Positions 1 through 10,625 of a DNA stretch of 64,000 bases are shown one piece after another. The stretch lies in IMG/VR virus record IMGVR_UViG_3300009500_000012. The stretch is one strand, 5' to 3'. Position 1 is the first letter of the stretch. Each line of letters starts with the position of its first letter. A program made the position numbers and the translations under genes. A model generated the notes under the pieces. The model ran no database searches, was not told where the DNA came from, and saw only the letters and a program-made list of their open reading frames with translations. The stretch comes from an uncultured virus (IMG/VR IMGVR_UViG_3300009500_000012). Its lineage: Duplodnaviria > Heunggongvirae > Uroviricota > Caudoviricetes.

Positions 1-137
1 CATATGGCGTTTCCATTTCACTATTATATGTTTCAGAACCATCAGCAACATTACGTTGGTCAATATCACCTGAACCAGAATAAGATTCTGCAAATTTTTG
101 GAACCAATCGCTCATATTAGCATCCTGTCTTAAATAT

Positions 138-389
138 TTAATTTGATTCAATTGTTACAACAGAAACAAAATCTTCAAATCCATTACCATCAGATTGTTC
201 TAATTCTGATTTTTCGATTAGAAGTAAAGCATCTTTACGATTCATAAAGTCTATAATTTCATTAGAGATTTTACCGACTTCATCCATATCGCCATGAATT
301 GTACAAATATCGCGTTCTATTAATAAACTTAATATAACTCTTTCAGTACGTTCAAGTTCTTCTTTGATTAAATCTAATTTTGTAATCAT
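138..389 (-). CDS. hypothetical protein (coiled-coil)
   Basis: 83 aa ORF, co-oriented with neighbours, AAGGA upstream. Confidence 0.6.
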   Translation of the reverse strand: MITKLDLIKEELERTERVILSLLIERDICTIHGDMDEVGKISNEIIDFMNRKDALLLIEKSELEQSDGNGFEDFVSVVTIESN

Positions 390-418
390 TAAATTGGAAC
401 TATCCTTGTTAAGAGAAA

Positions 419-1606
419 TTACGCAACTTGTTGTCCTTTATCAATGTTTTCTGTGTACGTGCCAGGTATACCATCAAAAGAAATGTCCAATGTATTATAA
501 GCAGAAACCCAATTTTTAATTTTATGACTTAATAAATGATTATTACCAACATAATCAAAATTATTTTTTCTTAATTCTTTTCTTAATTCCTTATTATCAA
601 TTAATAATTGAATAGATTTTTTCCAATCATTTTTTGATTCTGCCAATAAACCAACTTTATTTGTTGATTCATTTACATATTGGAGATATGGCCCAAATCG
701 TGAAGCAACAAAAGGAATGCCAGCAAGTCCATATTCAATTAATTTAATATATGATTTACAAGCATTAAAAACAAAACTTTCTAAAGGTGCTAAAGCAATG
801 TCTAAATCAAGTGATTGTAAAACTTTATAATACTTGACTGTCGGATTTTCATTGTCTTGGGAATAATTTGTTCCATGTCCGTTTTTGTCTCTTGGAAAGG
901 TATCTCCTGCAAAACTCATGCGTTGGCGAATTTCAAAAGGAAACATTCCTCTCATATCAGAACCCATAAATACAAATTCTACATTTTTATTGGTCGTAAA
1001 AATATCAATAAGAGCAGGAACAACCTTTTTAAAGTCATCAGTATGTGTGGAGGAACCTGCCCATCCAATTCTTATTTTTTCATTATCAAAATTTTTCTCT
1101 GACAATTCGAATTTTTCAAAGACATTATTATCCAAAGCATTATAACACACGTTTATATTCTTGTTAAAACGGGTATATTCCCTCAATAATTGTGGAGTTG
1201 AAACAGTAACCATATCAGCCAAATCAAGCAAAATCTCGGTATTTTTGGTTGCGATTTTTCCTCCACCATAAATTTTAGACGATGGATTTGAGTTCGGAAT
1301 CGCATGTAAGTTGTCGTCAAATTCAAAGACGACCTTTCCATGAGGTACATTTTCTTTATAAAGTTTGGCTTGCTTGATTACTCCTTCCGCATGTTGTCTT
1401 TGGAGAACAAGAACATCAAATTTCGATGTTTTATCAGGGAAAAGTATGTTCGTTATTTCAATCTCTGCCCCCAAATTTGCAAGCGCCTTATAAGGAAGCA
1501 AACAGCGATAATAGCCGCATCCTAGCAAGTCACCAACAGCAATCAAGATACGGGGATGGTTGTTCATAGAAAATTTCTCCAATTGAGTGTTGACAATAAA
1601 TGACAA
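419..1606 (-). CDS. GT-B fold glycosyltransferase (GT4-like); true start possibly 1567
   Basis: GCGYYR, FEFDDNL, TVSTPQL, IGWAGS.TH, DIALAPL..FNACKS.IKLIEY motifs. Confidence 0.85.
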   Translation of the reverse strand: MSFIVNTQLEKFSMNNHPRILIAVGDLLGCGYYRCLLPYKALANLGAEIEITNILFPDKTSKFDVLVLQRQHAEGVIKQAKLYKENVPHGKVVFEFDDNLHAIPNSNPSSKIYGGGKIATKNTEILLDLADMVTVSTPQLLREYTRFNKNINVCYNALDNNVFEKFELSEKNFDNEKIRIGWAGSSTHTDDFKKVVPALIDIFTTNKNVEFVFMGSDMRGMFPFEIRQRMSFAGDTFPRDKNGHGTNYSQDNENPTVKYYKVLQSLDLDIALAPLESFVFNACKSYIKLIEYGLAGIPFVASRFGPYLQYVNESTNKVGLLAESKNDWKKSIQLLIDNKELRKELRKNNFDYVGNNHLLSHKIKNWVSAYNTLDISFDGIPGTYTENIDKGQQVA

Positions 1607-1674
1607 ATGTGTTAGGTTCTATTCATAAAGCGGAATATAACCGCTTGAAACACTTGACTTTAAAAGGAAATAAA

Positions 1675-2301
1675 ATGGCAGCTACTGCAACAGCAACGAG
1701 CAAAACCACTACTTATAATGATATTCCAAAAGGCCGTGGTGTGCGGATTTTTGAACAAAATAAGAAGAAAATTGCCGTCGTTCCACGAAATTCTGCGCGA
1801 TTTTTAGAAGGGCTCTTAGCCCAGGGACCCTATAACCAAGAAGAATGGGTAGGTCAAAAGAACGTCTACATTATTGAAAAAGACCTCGCAAAGAAAATTT
1901 TCCCTGAAAATCCCGATACTGCTCCAAGCCTCGCAAATTCTTCACGTAGCCTTCTTGAAGACAAAAAAATTCTTGAAACTGTTCGCTCCGGCTCCCCATC
2001 AACGCGAGCCATCGTGAAGGTTCTCGTTGATGATTTTGTTCAATCAGAAACCAATCAGGGTGTTCGTCCTTCCACCAAAGGTCCACGTAAGGCTCGCGTC
2101 AAAAAGACCGCAGATAGTCGCACCACTTCTTCGCGCAGAATGACCACGGTAGGTCGTCCTTCTGTTGCTTCAAAAGTTCAAGCCAAGGACAAATTCCTTG
2201 ATAGTTTAGGAATCGAATCTGTGGCCGAATTCCGCCAAGGTATCGAAATGCTTGATTATATTGAAGCAACGTATCCAAACATTTACAAAAAAATGATTTA
2301 G
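1675..2301 (+). CDS. hypothetical basic protein, possibly DNA-binding
   Basis: AAGGA before ATG 1675; K/R-rich linker; terminator follows. Confidence 0.6.
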   Translation: MAATATATSKTTTYNDIPKGRGVRIFEQNKKKIAVVPRNSARFLEGLLAQGPYNQEEWVGQKNVYIIEKDLAKKIFPENPDTAPSLANSSRSLLEDKKILETVRSGSPSTRAIVKVLVDDFVQSETNQGVRPSTKGPRKARVKKTADSRTTSSRRMTTVGRPSVASKVQAKDKFLDSLGIESVAEFRQGIEMLDYIEATYPNIYKKMI

Positions 2302-2321
2302 TTTTAAAAACTAACTTTAAA

Positions 2322-2355
2322 AAAAGGGCTCTAGTAGCAATACTAGGCCCTTTTT
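2322..2355. terminator. bidirectional intrinsic terminator
   Basis: AAAAGGGCTCTAGTA-GCAA-TACTAGGCCCTTTTT between convergent genes. Confidence 0.75.
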
Positions 2356-3220
2356 AAATAAATTTTTCAATTTGTTTAGTGTTTTTCGCATCTGTAATTC
2401 CCCACATGCCAGATGCTTCTTTAGGAATTTCGATGTTTTGATTTTTCCCAACTTTATCCCGGTCGATTCCATGACAAAGTTTATAATATTCCGGTTTACA
2501 TTTATACATGCATTCTGGTGAACTTGGTGCTAATTTGAATTCTGGCTCTTTACCTTCCATTACATGTTTAATTAAAATTTGTGAATATTTCAATAAATCA
2601 TTTATCATTTTTTGATTTTTAGGAACTATAAACTCGGTGATTTTGTGAGAGTCTTTTTCTTCATAAAAAATTATACTTTTTGTAACTGTTCTGCCCTTTA
2701 AAATCGCTTTAATTTCTGGGTCATCTTTCATTTCATTTAAAAGATGAAAATATAATTGAGTTTGTTTTATATGTTCTTCATCAGGAGAATTATTATCTTT
2801 CATTTTCTTCATTGCATAAGATTTACATGATTTCAATTCAACAAGATAAAGTGTATTTTTTATTTCAACAAGTAAATCTAAACGAGCTTTTATTTTATTT
2901 TTAGTATCAATTAAAGTTTTTTCACATAGCTTAACAATACCTATTTTGGCTAAAACATCTTGAATGTATTCATGAAATTGATTACCAACAACTTTAGCTC
3001 TTTCATTTTCATAAGAGAATTCATCGTCTTTAACGGGTTCTAAAAATCCATTACCGCTAAATTTAAAATTAAAATATGCTTTAGTCATGCACATATAATC
3101 TATAGAAGGAGAAAGATTTTCTTTTTTTCTCCCAGCATATGATGACGCATTTATTTTAGCATAATCTATGACTTTTTCTTTTAAAAGTGGTGCTAAAATT
3201 TCTACTTGTTGAAAGTTCAT
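2354..3220 (-). CDS. Cas4-like PD-(D/E)xK exonuclease
   Basis: GNQFHEYIQ, RLDLL, VELKS, QTQLY, C-terminal Cys cluster; TATAAT-6nt-ATG leaderless start. Confidence 0.8.
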   Translation of the reverse strand: MNFQQVEILAPLLKEKVIDYAKINASSYAGRKKENLSPSIDYMCMTKAYFNFKFSGNGFLEPVKDDEFSYENERAKVVGNQFHEYIQDVLAKIGIVKLCEKTLIDTKNKIKARLDLLVEIKNTLYLVELKSCKSYAMKKMKDNNSPDEEHIKQTQLYFHLLNEMKDDPEIKAILKGRTVTKSIIFYEEKDSHKITEFIVPKNQKMINDLLKYSQILIKHVMEGKEPEFKLAPSSPECMYKCKPEYYKLCHGIDRDKVGKNQNIEIPKEASGMWGITDAKNTKQIEKFI

Positions 3221-3235
3221 GTTTCTATTATAGAA

Positions 3236-3994
3236 CTAACTTTCTGTAAAACTGTTTGCAAATTCATCGGTAAGTTTTTCTACTAATTTATATTTTTCTA
3301 TAGTTAATTTATATAAATTATATTCTTTATAAATTTCTAACCAATTGGTCATTTCTTTTTCAGGATATTTGTCATCTTTATAATATTTTTCCATATCTTC
3401 CGAAGCGAATCCATATTTTTTCTCAAATTTTTCTAATTTAGCTTTTAATAATTTGATTCTATTTTCAGCAAATGCTAATGTTTTATCGGGTTTTTGTTTA
3501 TGTTTCCATACATTAGGATGAGTTATAGTATTTAATAAAATTTTGGCTAGTGTTAACTTAGCAAAATCTCTTTCGGATAAGATTTCCATAAGTTGTTTTG
3601 TAAATTGTGAATTTTCTTTATTATCTGCTTCAATAATTTTCCATAAACCATAAGTTAAAATTAAATCCAAGAAGTTTGTAGATGCTTCACCTTGAGTTAT
3701 ATTACTTAAACTTCTCCAAGAGTAACCTAATTTAGGCATTATTGATAAAATTAAAATATCTTTTATTTCATGTTCGGGGTTCAAATCTTTTAAAATATCA
3801 TTTATAAATTTCGAATATAATTTTATAAATTTATAAATTGCATTTTCATCTGGCTCTCCATTTTTTTGTTTTAATTCTCTAGAAATAACTTTGTATTCTT
3901 TATCATCATTTAGTTTTGCTGATTTGATATCAAATTCATCTTCATTTGCAAATATTGCAAATTCACCTGTTTCTGGACTGTAATGAAAACGCAT
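3236..3994 (-). CDS. hypothetical protein
   Basis: 252 aa ORF in operon. Confidence 0.65.
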   Translation of the reverse strand: MRFHYSPETGEFAIFANEDEFDIKSAKLNDDKEYKVISRELKQKNGEPDENAIYKFIKLYSKFINDILKDLNPEHEIKDILILSIMPKLGYSWRSLSNITQGEASTNFLDLILTYGLWKIIEADNKENSQFTKQLMEILSERDFAKLTLAKILLNTITHPNVWKHKQKPDKTLAFAENRIKLLKAKLEKFEKKYGFASEDMEKYYKDDKYPEKEMTNWLEIYKEYNLYKLTIEKYKLVEKLTDEFANSFTES

Positions 3995-4294
3995 TTAAAG
4001 CACCGTATCTTCGGGCGAACTTTGCCCGTAAGACCCTTGGAAAATTACACTTGAAAACGGAATATCAACAGATACTTTCTCACCAGGAAACAAGATTGAT
4101 AAAGCCAATTGAGGCATCGTTGAATTATCTCCGTAATAAACACCCCCATACCCAAATTTTATCTCTGTAATTATTCCTTGACCATATTTAGTTAAAATAG
4201 GATTTCCAACTCTTAATGGTAATTGAGTTCCTCTAGGGCAAGGAACATTTCTGAGATATTGAGCATACGGATTACCATTAGAATTATATGACAT
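3995..4294 (-). CDS. hypothetical protein
   Basis: 99 aa ORF abutting next gene. Confidence 0.6.
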   Translation of the reverse strand: MSYNSNGNPYAQYLRNVPCPRGTQLPLRVGNPILTKYGQGIITEIKFGYGGVYYGDNSTMPQLALSILFPGEKVSVDIPFSSVIFQGSYGQSSPEDTVL

Positions 4295-4327
4295 ATCATT
4301 TACTTTTCTGAGAATGATTCTTATTTG

Positions 4328-6679
4328 TTACCATTGACGGGCTCTAAATAAACCACTTGTTGGTAATTTCTGATATTTAGTGAAGTTACTTGCTGTTTTT
4401 GCATAAAATGCGGTTCTTACAGCATCAATAACATGGTCTGGAGAAACAGTTCCTTTAGAATAAACAATTTGTCCACCGCTACCAGTAGAATATGTATGAT
4501 TTCTAAATTGATTTTCAATTGAGTCATCAAATTCTAAACCTGGCATTTGTAATAAGTTTCTTTCAGCATGGTAAATAATCATATTTGTCATTGCTTCTTT
4601 TGCTGGAGCAGTAACTTCTTTTCCATTAATTTTATCAACTACAAGTCTTCCACCAAATGGAATTGGAATCAATCTTTTATCAAAATTATGTAGAGCAAAT
4701 TTATTCCATCCTGTGCGTTTAGACATAAGAATTTGAGCAACAGCAGTACCATTACTTCCGGCATCCATTCCGAGCATTTTAAATTGATAATAATTATCTA
4801 ATAAAGCTATTAAATCTGCTTGAATATCATATGTAACATGTTCCATATGAATTCGCAAAACCATCTTCATAATTCCATTCCATTCTTCAAAAACAACGAA
4901 TTCTGAAGGGTCGGCAGAATAACCTAAATCAGCGCCAAACCAATATTTACATCCTGGATGCTTAGAAGGAAATCTTCTATTTAACCAACCGCTTAAATCA
5001 TTACCAATAGCATGAAGACTTTCTGGAGTAAGATTTAATAAACGATATTCTGGAGATTCTTTATTATCATTTTTGTATTTATAAGCAAATACTTTTTCAA
5101 AGACCAACCAGTTGAATACACCCATGTCAACAGTCCCCCAATCTGCCATGATTTCATGTTCATATTGGGTTGTATTTAATTCGGCTTTAAAAGAACGGTC
5201 TTGAATTTCATCATATTTTGGGTTTTCCCATGATGCAAACCAAAATTCTTTATAACCCCATTCTGGGTCTGTACAATTTGCAACTCCTATAAAATTAGCA
5301 ACATAGGAATGGTCATTTTCAACTTCAAGATTATATACCGATAAACTTTTTATTTCAAATTCATTGTTAGTAATAGGAAGATAAATGAATTTATCATCTA
5401 CATGACCAAAATTAATTGCTAAATCATCAAACTTACTTAAATTATAACATTGTTTTAAATTTAAAGGTATAGCAAGGAAATCTCCTGGATAAAGTTCTTC
5501 AATAGGATAATATTGTGCCTCTGGCTTTTGTACTCCATCATGTAAAGATGGAAGCAAACATTCGTTGGATGGATTCCATAACATTTGTTCACAATAATTA
5601 CAAAAGTGATTTTCTTTTTTTACTGCCATTACTCTGTGATTTGGAGTTGCTTTTATTGGCACTTCTGAGCCCATATACCATACAGAATGCATATTTCCGG
5701 TATATGGACGGTTCATTATCTTAGTGACCCTTGCAGGCTCTGCAAAGCGGTTAAAAACAACATCGTCAACTTCTATGTCTTCAATATTTTTTATAGTTCC
5801 ATCTGATAATAAAATAGGAGTGTCATTTTCAAAACATGCTTTAAAAAAGTGTGCGCGTCTTCCAGATGGTGTGGAAGATAATACTGTTAAGGCTTCATCA
5901 CCAGCATTGATTTCAGTTGCTTTTTCAGCAGCGAAGAATGATGCTGGCATATAATCTGCTTCGTCATATAATTTATAATCAAAAGTTTTAGAACGTGCTG
6001 CCTGTCCATTTGCACCAGGTCCTCTAAATACAAGAGTTGCAGGTTGACTCCAACCATCAACATGAAATTCAATTTGTGGGAATGGATTTTTTTTAACTAC
6101 AATAATTCCTTGGTCCATTGCCATACAATATTCAGGGCATTCATTCAAAAATTTCATTACGCGGTCAAAGACTGTTTTTGCTTTATCAGCATCCGCAGAA
6201 GCCAAAATAATATTAGCTCCGCGTGTGTATTGTTTTTCCCGAATTACAATGCCTTTAGGATTTTCCGGTGTAATTTTAGATTTATCTCTTACCGGAAATT
6301 TCTTTTTATATTTAATAGGTTTAACTAAAGCAAGATATAACGCGCCAAGAGCAAGAACCTCAGTTTTCCCAGATTGTCTTCCAATACGCCAAGCAAATCT
6401 TTTAATTGGTAAACCACGAAAAGCCTTGATAGGGTAATTTTTTGGATAAGTATATAATTTATCAAAACATCCAAGCAATAAAACTTGATAAAATGCTTTT
6501 GGTGACCATTTAAATTTATTTTGAGCCCAATATAAAGCATAAGAACTTCTGGCAAGTGCATAATCTCTATGTAATTGCTCTGTTCTTGTTATAATTTCTT
6601 CTTCAAAAACTTCATTTTCAGCCTTTTTTATTGCTGATTCATCAAGTAATTTACCTAAAACATTTATTGTTTCGCTCAT
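4328..6679 (-). CDS. terL: terminase large subunit containing a mini-intein
   Basis: Walker A GRQSGKT, Walker B YDEAD, SSTPSG coupling motif, RNase H-like GADLG / GMDAGSNG / DHVIDA. Confidence 0.9.
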   Translation of the reverse strand: MSETINVLGKLLDESAIKKAENEVFEEEIITRTEQLHRDYALARSSYALYWAQNKFKWSPKAFYQVLLLGCFDKLYTYPKNYPIKAFRGLPIKRFAWRIGRQSGKTEVLALGALYLALVKPIKYKKKFPVRDKSKITPENPKGIVIREKQYTRGANIILASADADKAKTVFDRVMKFLNECPEYCMAMDQGIIVVKKNPFPQIEFHVDGWSQPATLVFRGPGANGQAARSKTFDYKLYDEADYMPASFFAAEKATEINAGDEALTVLSSTPSGRRAHFFKACFENDTPILLSDGTIKNIEDIEVDDVVFNRFAEPARVTKIMNRPYTGNMHSVWYMGSEVPIKATPNHRVMAVKKENHFCNYCEQMLWNPSNECLLPSLHDGVQKPEAQYYPIEELYPGDFLAIPLNLKQCYNLSKFDDLAINFGHVDDKFIYLPITNNEFEIKSLSVYNLEVENDHSYVANFIGVANCTDPEWGYKEFWFASWENPKYDEIQDRSFKAELNTTQYEHEIMADWGTVDMGVFNWLVFEKVFAYKYKNDNKESPEYRLLNLTPESLHAIGNDLSGWLNRRFPSKHPGCKYWFGADLGYSADPSEFVVFEEWNGIMKMVLRIHMEHVTYDIQADLIALLDNYYQFKMLGMDAGSNGTAVAQILMSKRTGWNKFALHNFDKRLIPIPFGGRLVVDKINGKEVTAPAKEAMTNMIIYHAERNLLQMPGLEFDDSIENQFRNHTYSTGSGGQIVYSKGTVSPDHVIDAVRTAFYAKTASNFTKYQKLPTSGLFRARQW
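5276..5836 (-). mobile_element. mini-intein (187 aa, no homing endonuclease)
   Basis: block A CFENDTPILLSDG, block B ATPNH, end VYNLEVENDHSYVANFIGVAN followed by Cys+1. Confidence 0.9.
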
Positions 6680-6700
6680 TAAATTTAAATCCTACTATAT

Positions 6701-6734
6701 AAATAAGAGTTCTTGATAGTAAGAACTCTTATTT
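6701..6734. terminator. perfect 14-bp inverted repeat (terminator or operator)
   Basis: AAATAAGAGTTCTT-gatagt-AAGAACTCTTATTT just upstream of terL. Confidence 0.6.
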
Positions 6735-6748
6735 GAATCTTTATAAAA

Positions 6749-7603
6749 TTAAATCTTTCGGAGACTATCTTTTATTGATTTCTTACTTGCGGCTTTTGTT
6801 GCACCCATGCCTGAATTATTTGGCATTTGCGATATATCGTTGTTGTAAGTTTCTTTATCTTCATTTGTAGCACTATTAGAAACTTTACCATCTTCGCCAT
6901 AAGGTTTGAAATTTGAGTTTAGCCAAGAACAAGACTTTGCTGCTTGAACTTTTTCAACATCTAAACCAAATTTACAAGTTCCGTTAGAAACATCATAATT
7001 TGCACAAACAGAACAAGGATAATAAGGATTACTTCTATCTGAACCATTTAATTCAGTTGATGCTTGTTTCTTAGTTTTTTTATGAACATCAATTTGTTCT
7101 TTTGGTTTTAAAGATTTTTCATCGCCAACATCATTAACGTCTATACCTTCTTCTTCTTGTTCAAGAGGGTCTACAGTACCAGTTTCTTGTTGACTATATG
7201 GCTTTTCTGTATTTTCGCCGCTCATCCATTTAGCCAATTCAACTGGGTCTGCATTTGGATTTAAAGAAGTATCACTCATTGGGTCTGCTGTCGCACCAGG
7301 TGCAGCAGTTTCTGTGTTGCCTGAATCTTTCATAACAATTTCAGGCATTAATCTAACTGGAAAAGTTATTCCATTAATATCTACTTCAAATAAATTACCA
7401 GAAACTTCAGGCTCTGGCGGTGGTAAATTTTCTGGCGCAGGCGCAGTAGGAGGAGCCGTTTGCTGTTGGTCCATCATTGGATTTAAACCAGGAAGAACAC
7501 CATTAAGTTCATCTTCCGGTAATTTATCTAAAGCTTCTTTTTTTAATTTAGTTTCAAATTTTGTAAAGAATTTTTTTAACCAATTTGGTTCATGATTACT
7601 CAT
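6749..7603 (-). CDS. hypothetical Pro/acidic-rich protein with Cys cluster
   Basis: GAGGT RBS before ATG 7603; CSVC..C..C. Confidence 0.65.
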   Translation of the reverse strand: MSNHEPNWLKKFFTKFETKLKKEALDKLPEDELNGVLPGLNPMMDQQQTAPPTAPAPENLPPPEPEVSGNLFEVDINGITFPVRLMPEIVMKDSGNTETAAPGATADPMSDTSLNPNADPVELAKWMSGENTEKPYSQQETGTVDPLEQEEEGIDVNDVGDEKSLKPKEQIDVHKKTKKQASTELNGSDRSNPYYPCSVCANYDVSNGTCKFGLDVEKVQAAKSCSWLNSNFKPYGEDGKVSNSATNEDKETYNNDISQMPNNSGMGATKAASKKSIKDSLRKI

Positions 7604-7835
7604 TATTTTTACCTCTTGAAACAAGAAGTTCTCTAGCTTGCCAAAAAGCAGACATTACATTGTATTTTGCTCTGTCGTACATTCTATCGCTAGGAATTGA
7701 ACCCTCAAGAGATTGAATTGTTTCTTGCATTAATTTTGCAAGAACATAATCTGAGTATTCTTCTTCTGTTAAAGTGCTAATATCTCTGCCCTTGAATCTA
7801 TTAATAGAAAGAGCATCTTTACTTTGATTTGACAT
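7596..7835 (-). CDS. hypothetical protein
   Basis: 79 aa, overlaps next start. Confidence 0.55.
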   Translation of the reverse strand: MSNQSKDALSINRFKGRDISTLTEEEYSDYVLAKLMQETIQSLEGSIPSDRMYDRAKYNVMSAFWQARELLVSRGKNNE

Positions 7836-7856
7836 TTCTAACCTATTCTTTGTTTA

Positions 7857-10595
7857 TTAACTAACCAAAGCGATATTACCAAGAATACCAGCTTCATGTT
7901 TTTCTTTATTTACGGTAGCATATCCAATTTTTTCTGCTTCTTCTGGTGATTTTCCAGATTTTTCTTCAGATTCTTGAATATGTTCTTCTTGACGGTGTTC
8001 TTTTTTAGTGAACTTTGGGTCGGAGCAATTCGCTGCCTCACCATGAAGTCCGCGTTTATCTGCTTCAGAAGTTTCTGGAACAGGTTCTGCAACATCATCA
8101 ACTACAGTATAATCAGTAAATACTGCACTATCACCATCAGCTTCTTTCAATAAAGAAGCATCAACTTTATGTGCATAAGCGTAAAGGATTTCTTCATCCG
8201 TGTATCCTGCTTCAACAAGAGCAAGCATACCAAAATCAACAAATTCTTGCGGGGAAAGACTTGCAGTTGCATCTAATGCATCAAGTCCACCAGATGGAGG
8301 TTTTACTGCCTTTGGTCTACCTTTTGCTTTTGGAACGCCACCTGGAGTATCATATTTAGATTTGATTTCTGGAGATTCCCAATCAATTTTTTCTAAACCT
8401 TCTGGTTCTTTATCGGAAAGAGATTTCCATTCAGAACTACGGTCAACAGGTTTTGGAGGAGCAACAGGGCCAGAATTTTGATTTTGAAATTCTTTTGCTT
8501 TTTCTAAACGTAATTTTGATTCAGGAATATCGCTGTTACCCATACCTGGAAGGCTATCATTGTTAAGAGGAGCAACATTGTTTAATTTATCAACATAGCT
8601 CTTAACCGCACTATTATCATATGCGCCGCCTTGGTCACCTGAGAATTGTGGACCGGCTACGGGTTGTTCTTTTGGTCCATAATTATGAGACATGAACTGT
8701 TCAAAATCCATAGGTTGTTCACCACTTGATAATCCTGTCAAATGTTGACGATATTTTGATAAGGCTCCGGGAAATTGTGTATTAACACGATTACGATAAC
8801 CTTCATAACTTTCATTTTCTGGTGACCAATGCGGACTATTTAATTCTTGAGAAGCAGCGTACTTGGTAATATTTCCAAGATATGTTGCAGACCAAGCCAA
8901 AGCCATATTCATATGAGTTGCTTCATCTGCCATTGGGTCTAATTGTTCTGCTTCGGGTAACATATCAACAGCAACATCAACTAAAGTATCTTCTAAAGGA
9001 TTTGCTTGTTCTGTATTAGCATTTTGATTGGTGAATAAAGATTCATCATTCATCAATCCGCCGTTATCCAACATATTATCTGGTGAAGGATTTAAAACTG
9101 TTGGTTCTAATTCAGTTAAAGCAGGGTCGCCGCCTAGTTGGCTGTCTGGAGCAAAGTTGCCACTATCAGGTAATGCAATATTATCAACATTAACTTGTGG
9201 CTCTTGATTATCTTCAAAAGACATAAGTTGTGTTGGAAGTTCCGCAAATTTAACAAAGGAAGGACTTGTTGTTAAAAACTCAGCAAAATGTTTTGCACTT
9301 TTGGCAACAAAACCATTATTTTCGCCTTCTGAAGAAAATAACGTACCAACATCAGCAACATGAATATTCCATGTTTTATCGGAACCGTCGCTGTAAACTG
9401 CTGTTATAGCACCAATTGCAGGAGTATTAGCCAAAATTAATTTAGCTTTTTCATTCAAAGATACAGTTTGAACAGGTGTTGCACTAGAAACTTTTCCGGC
9501 GACACTAAATAAATTAAAATTAGAAGGTTTAACAACTTGTTTGTTAGAAGCCTTTTTTTCTAATGGACGAATACGAACTGATGCTGCTTGTTCTACGCGA
9601 TTAACAGGAGGTCTTTCTTCTGGCAAATCTTGCATATCATTAGGTTGACCATCAAAATAAGCATCTTCGGCATTTGGTGTGATACCTTCATTTAAACCAA
9701 AAGGTGGCATTTGACCATTTTCTGCTGTTGCATTTGGGTCTAAAGCACTAGCCATATCGTTATCAGGCAATTGACGAACTTCTCCGACAATATCATTTGG
9801 CATAACACTTTGTTCATCTTGATTTAAGATTTGATTATCTAAAGGTAATTGGTCTTGAGGAACAAAAGTTGAATCCGGCATAACATTTGCTGGTGCAAGT
9901 TCGCCAATTTCATTGGCATTTGCTGTTGCTTGCATTGGCATTTCTTCAGACATTTCTTCGTTTTCGCCAGATTCCATTACAGGAGAAGAAGCATCTTGTT
10001 CTGCATTACGAATATTACGTGTATAAGCAGATAAACCAACTCTACTTACAACTCCTTCAGACATTAAATCTTCAAGTGCAGTTGCGACAGATTGTTTGAT
10101 ACCTTTTGTTTTAATTGTGCCTTCTTCAAGAATTTCAGCAGTTGCATTAAGTTTTATAAGTTCTTCATGAACAATTTGACGTAATGCGGTACGAGCAATC
10201 GTTGCATCAACAAGTGGAGTAGAAATTTTTGCAGGAACAATCATGTCTGCAACTAATTCAATATCTACTGCAACACCTAATTCAGCAACAATTCCTGGTA
10301 AATACTCAAGAACTTGATTTCTAACAGTTTCAAAAGAAACTGCTGTTTGATTCATAGCATTAGTTTTTAATTTATCAAATGAACGTACAGAAGCGTCACT
10401 TGATTTGCGAGTAATTCCTCTACCTTCAAGTAATTCTTTTGCATCTTTCATTTCTGCCAAACGATTTGTTAATTTGGTTAATTCAGGAGATAAAGAATTA
10501 ACATCTGTTCTTTCAAATGCTTCGTCTCCGATATTTGCAGTTTTAGAAATAGATTTCTTAGTAAAACCGCCCATAAATTTTTTTAAAAGTGACAT
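7857..10595 (-). CDS. large acidic low-complexity protein, possible prohead core/internal head protein
   Basis: 912 aa, AGGAG RBS, near terL; function inferred only. Confidence 0.6.
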   Translation of the reverse strand: MSLLKKFMGGFTKKSISKTANIGDEAFERTDVNSLSPELTKLTNRLAEMKDAKELLEGRGITRKSSDASVRSFDKLKTNAMNQTAVSFETVRNQVLEYLPGIVAELGVAVDIELVADMIVPAKISTPLVDATIARTALRQIVHEELIKLNATAEILEEGTIKTKGIKQSVATALEDLMSEGVVSRVGLSAYTRNIRNAEQDASSPVMESGENEEMSEEMPMQATANANEIGELAPANVMPDSTFVPQDQLPLDNQILNQDEQSVMPNDIVGEVRQLPDNDMASALDPNATAENGQMPPFGLNEGITPNAEDAYFDGQPNDMQDLPEERPPVNRVEQAASVRIRPLEKKASNKQVVKPSNFNLFSVAGKVSSATPVQTVSLNEKAKLILANTPAIGAITAVYSDGSDKTWNIHVADVGTLFSSEGENNGFVAKSAKHFAEFLTTSPSFVKFAELPTQLMSFEDNQEPQVNVDNIALPDSGNFAPDSQLGGDPALTELEPTVLNPSPDNMLDNGGLMNDESLFTNQNANTEQANPLEDTLVDVAVDMLPEAEQLDPMADEATHMNMALAWSATYLGNITKYAASQELNSPHWSPENESYEGYRNRVNTQFPGALSKYRQHLTGLSSGEQPMDFEQFMSHNYGPKEQPVAGPQFSGDQGGAYDNSAVKSYVDKLNNVAPLNNDSLPGMGNSDIPESKLRLEKAKEFQNQNSGPVAPPKPVDRSSEWKSLSDKEPEGLEKIDWESPEIKSKYDTPGGVPKAKGRPKAVKPPSGGLDALDATASLSPQEFVDFGMLALVEAGYTDEEILYAYAHKVDASLLKEADGDSAVFTDYTVVDDVAEPVPETSEADKRGLHGEAANCSDPKFTKKEHRQEEHIQESEEKSGKSPEEAEKIGYATVNKEKHEAGILGNIALVS

Positions 10596-10625
10596 TTAAT
10601 TCTCCTGAAAAAATCAAAAATTTCC

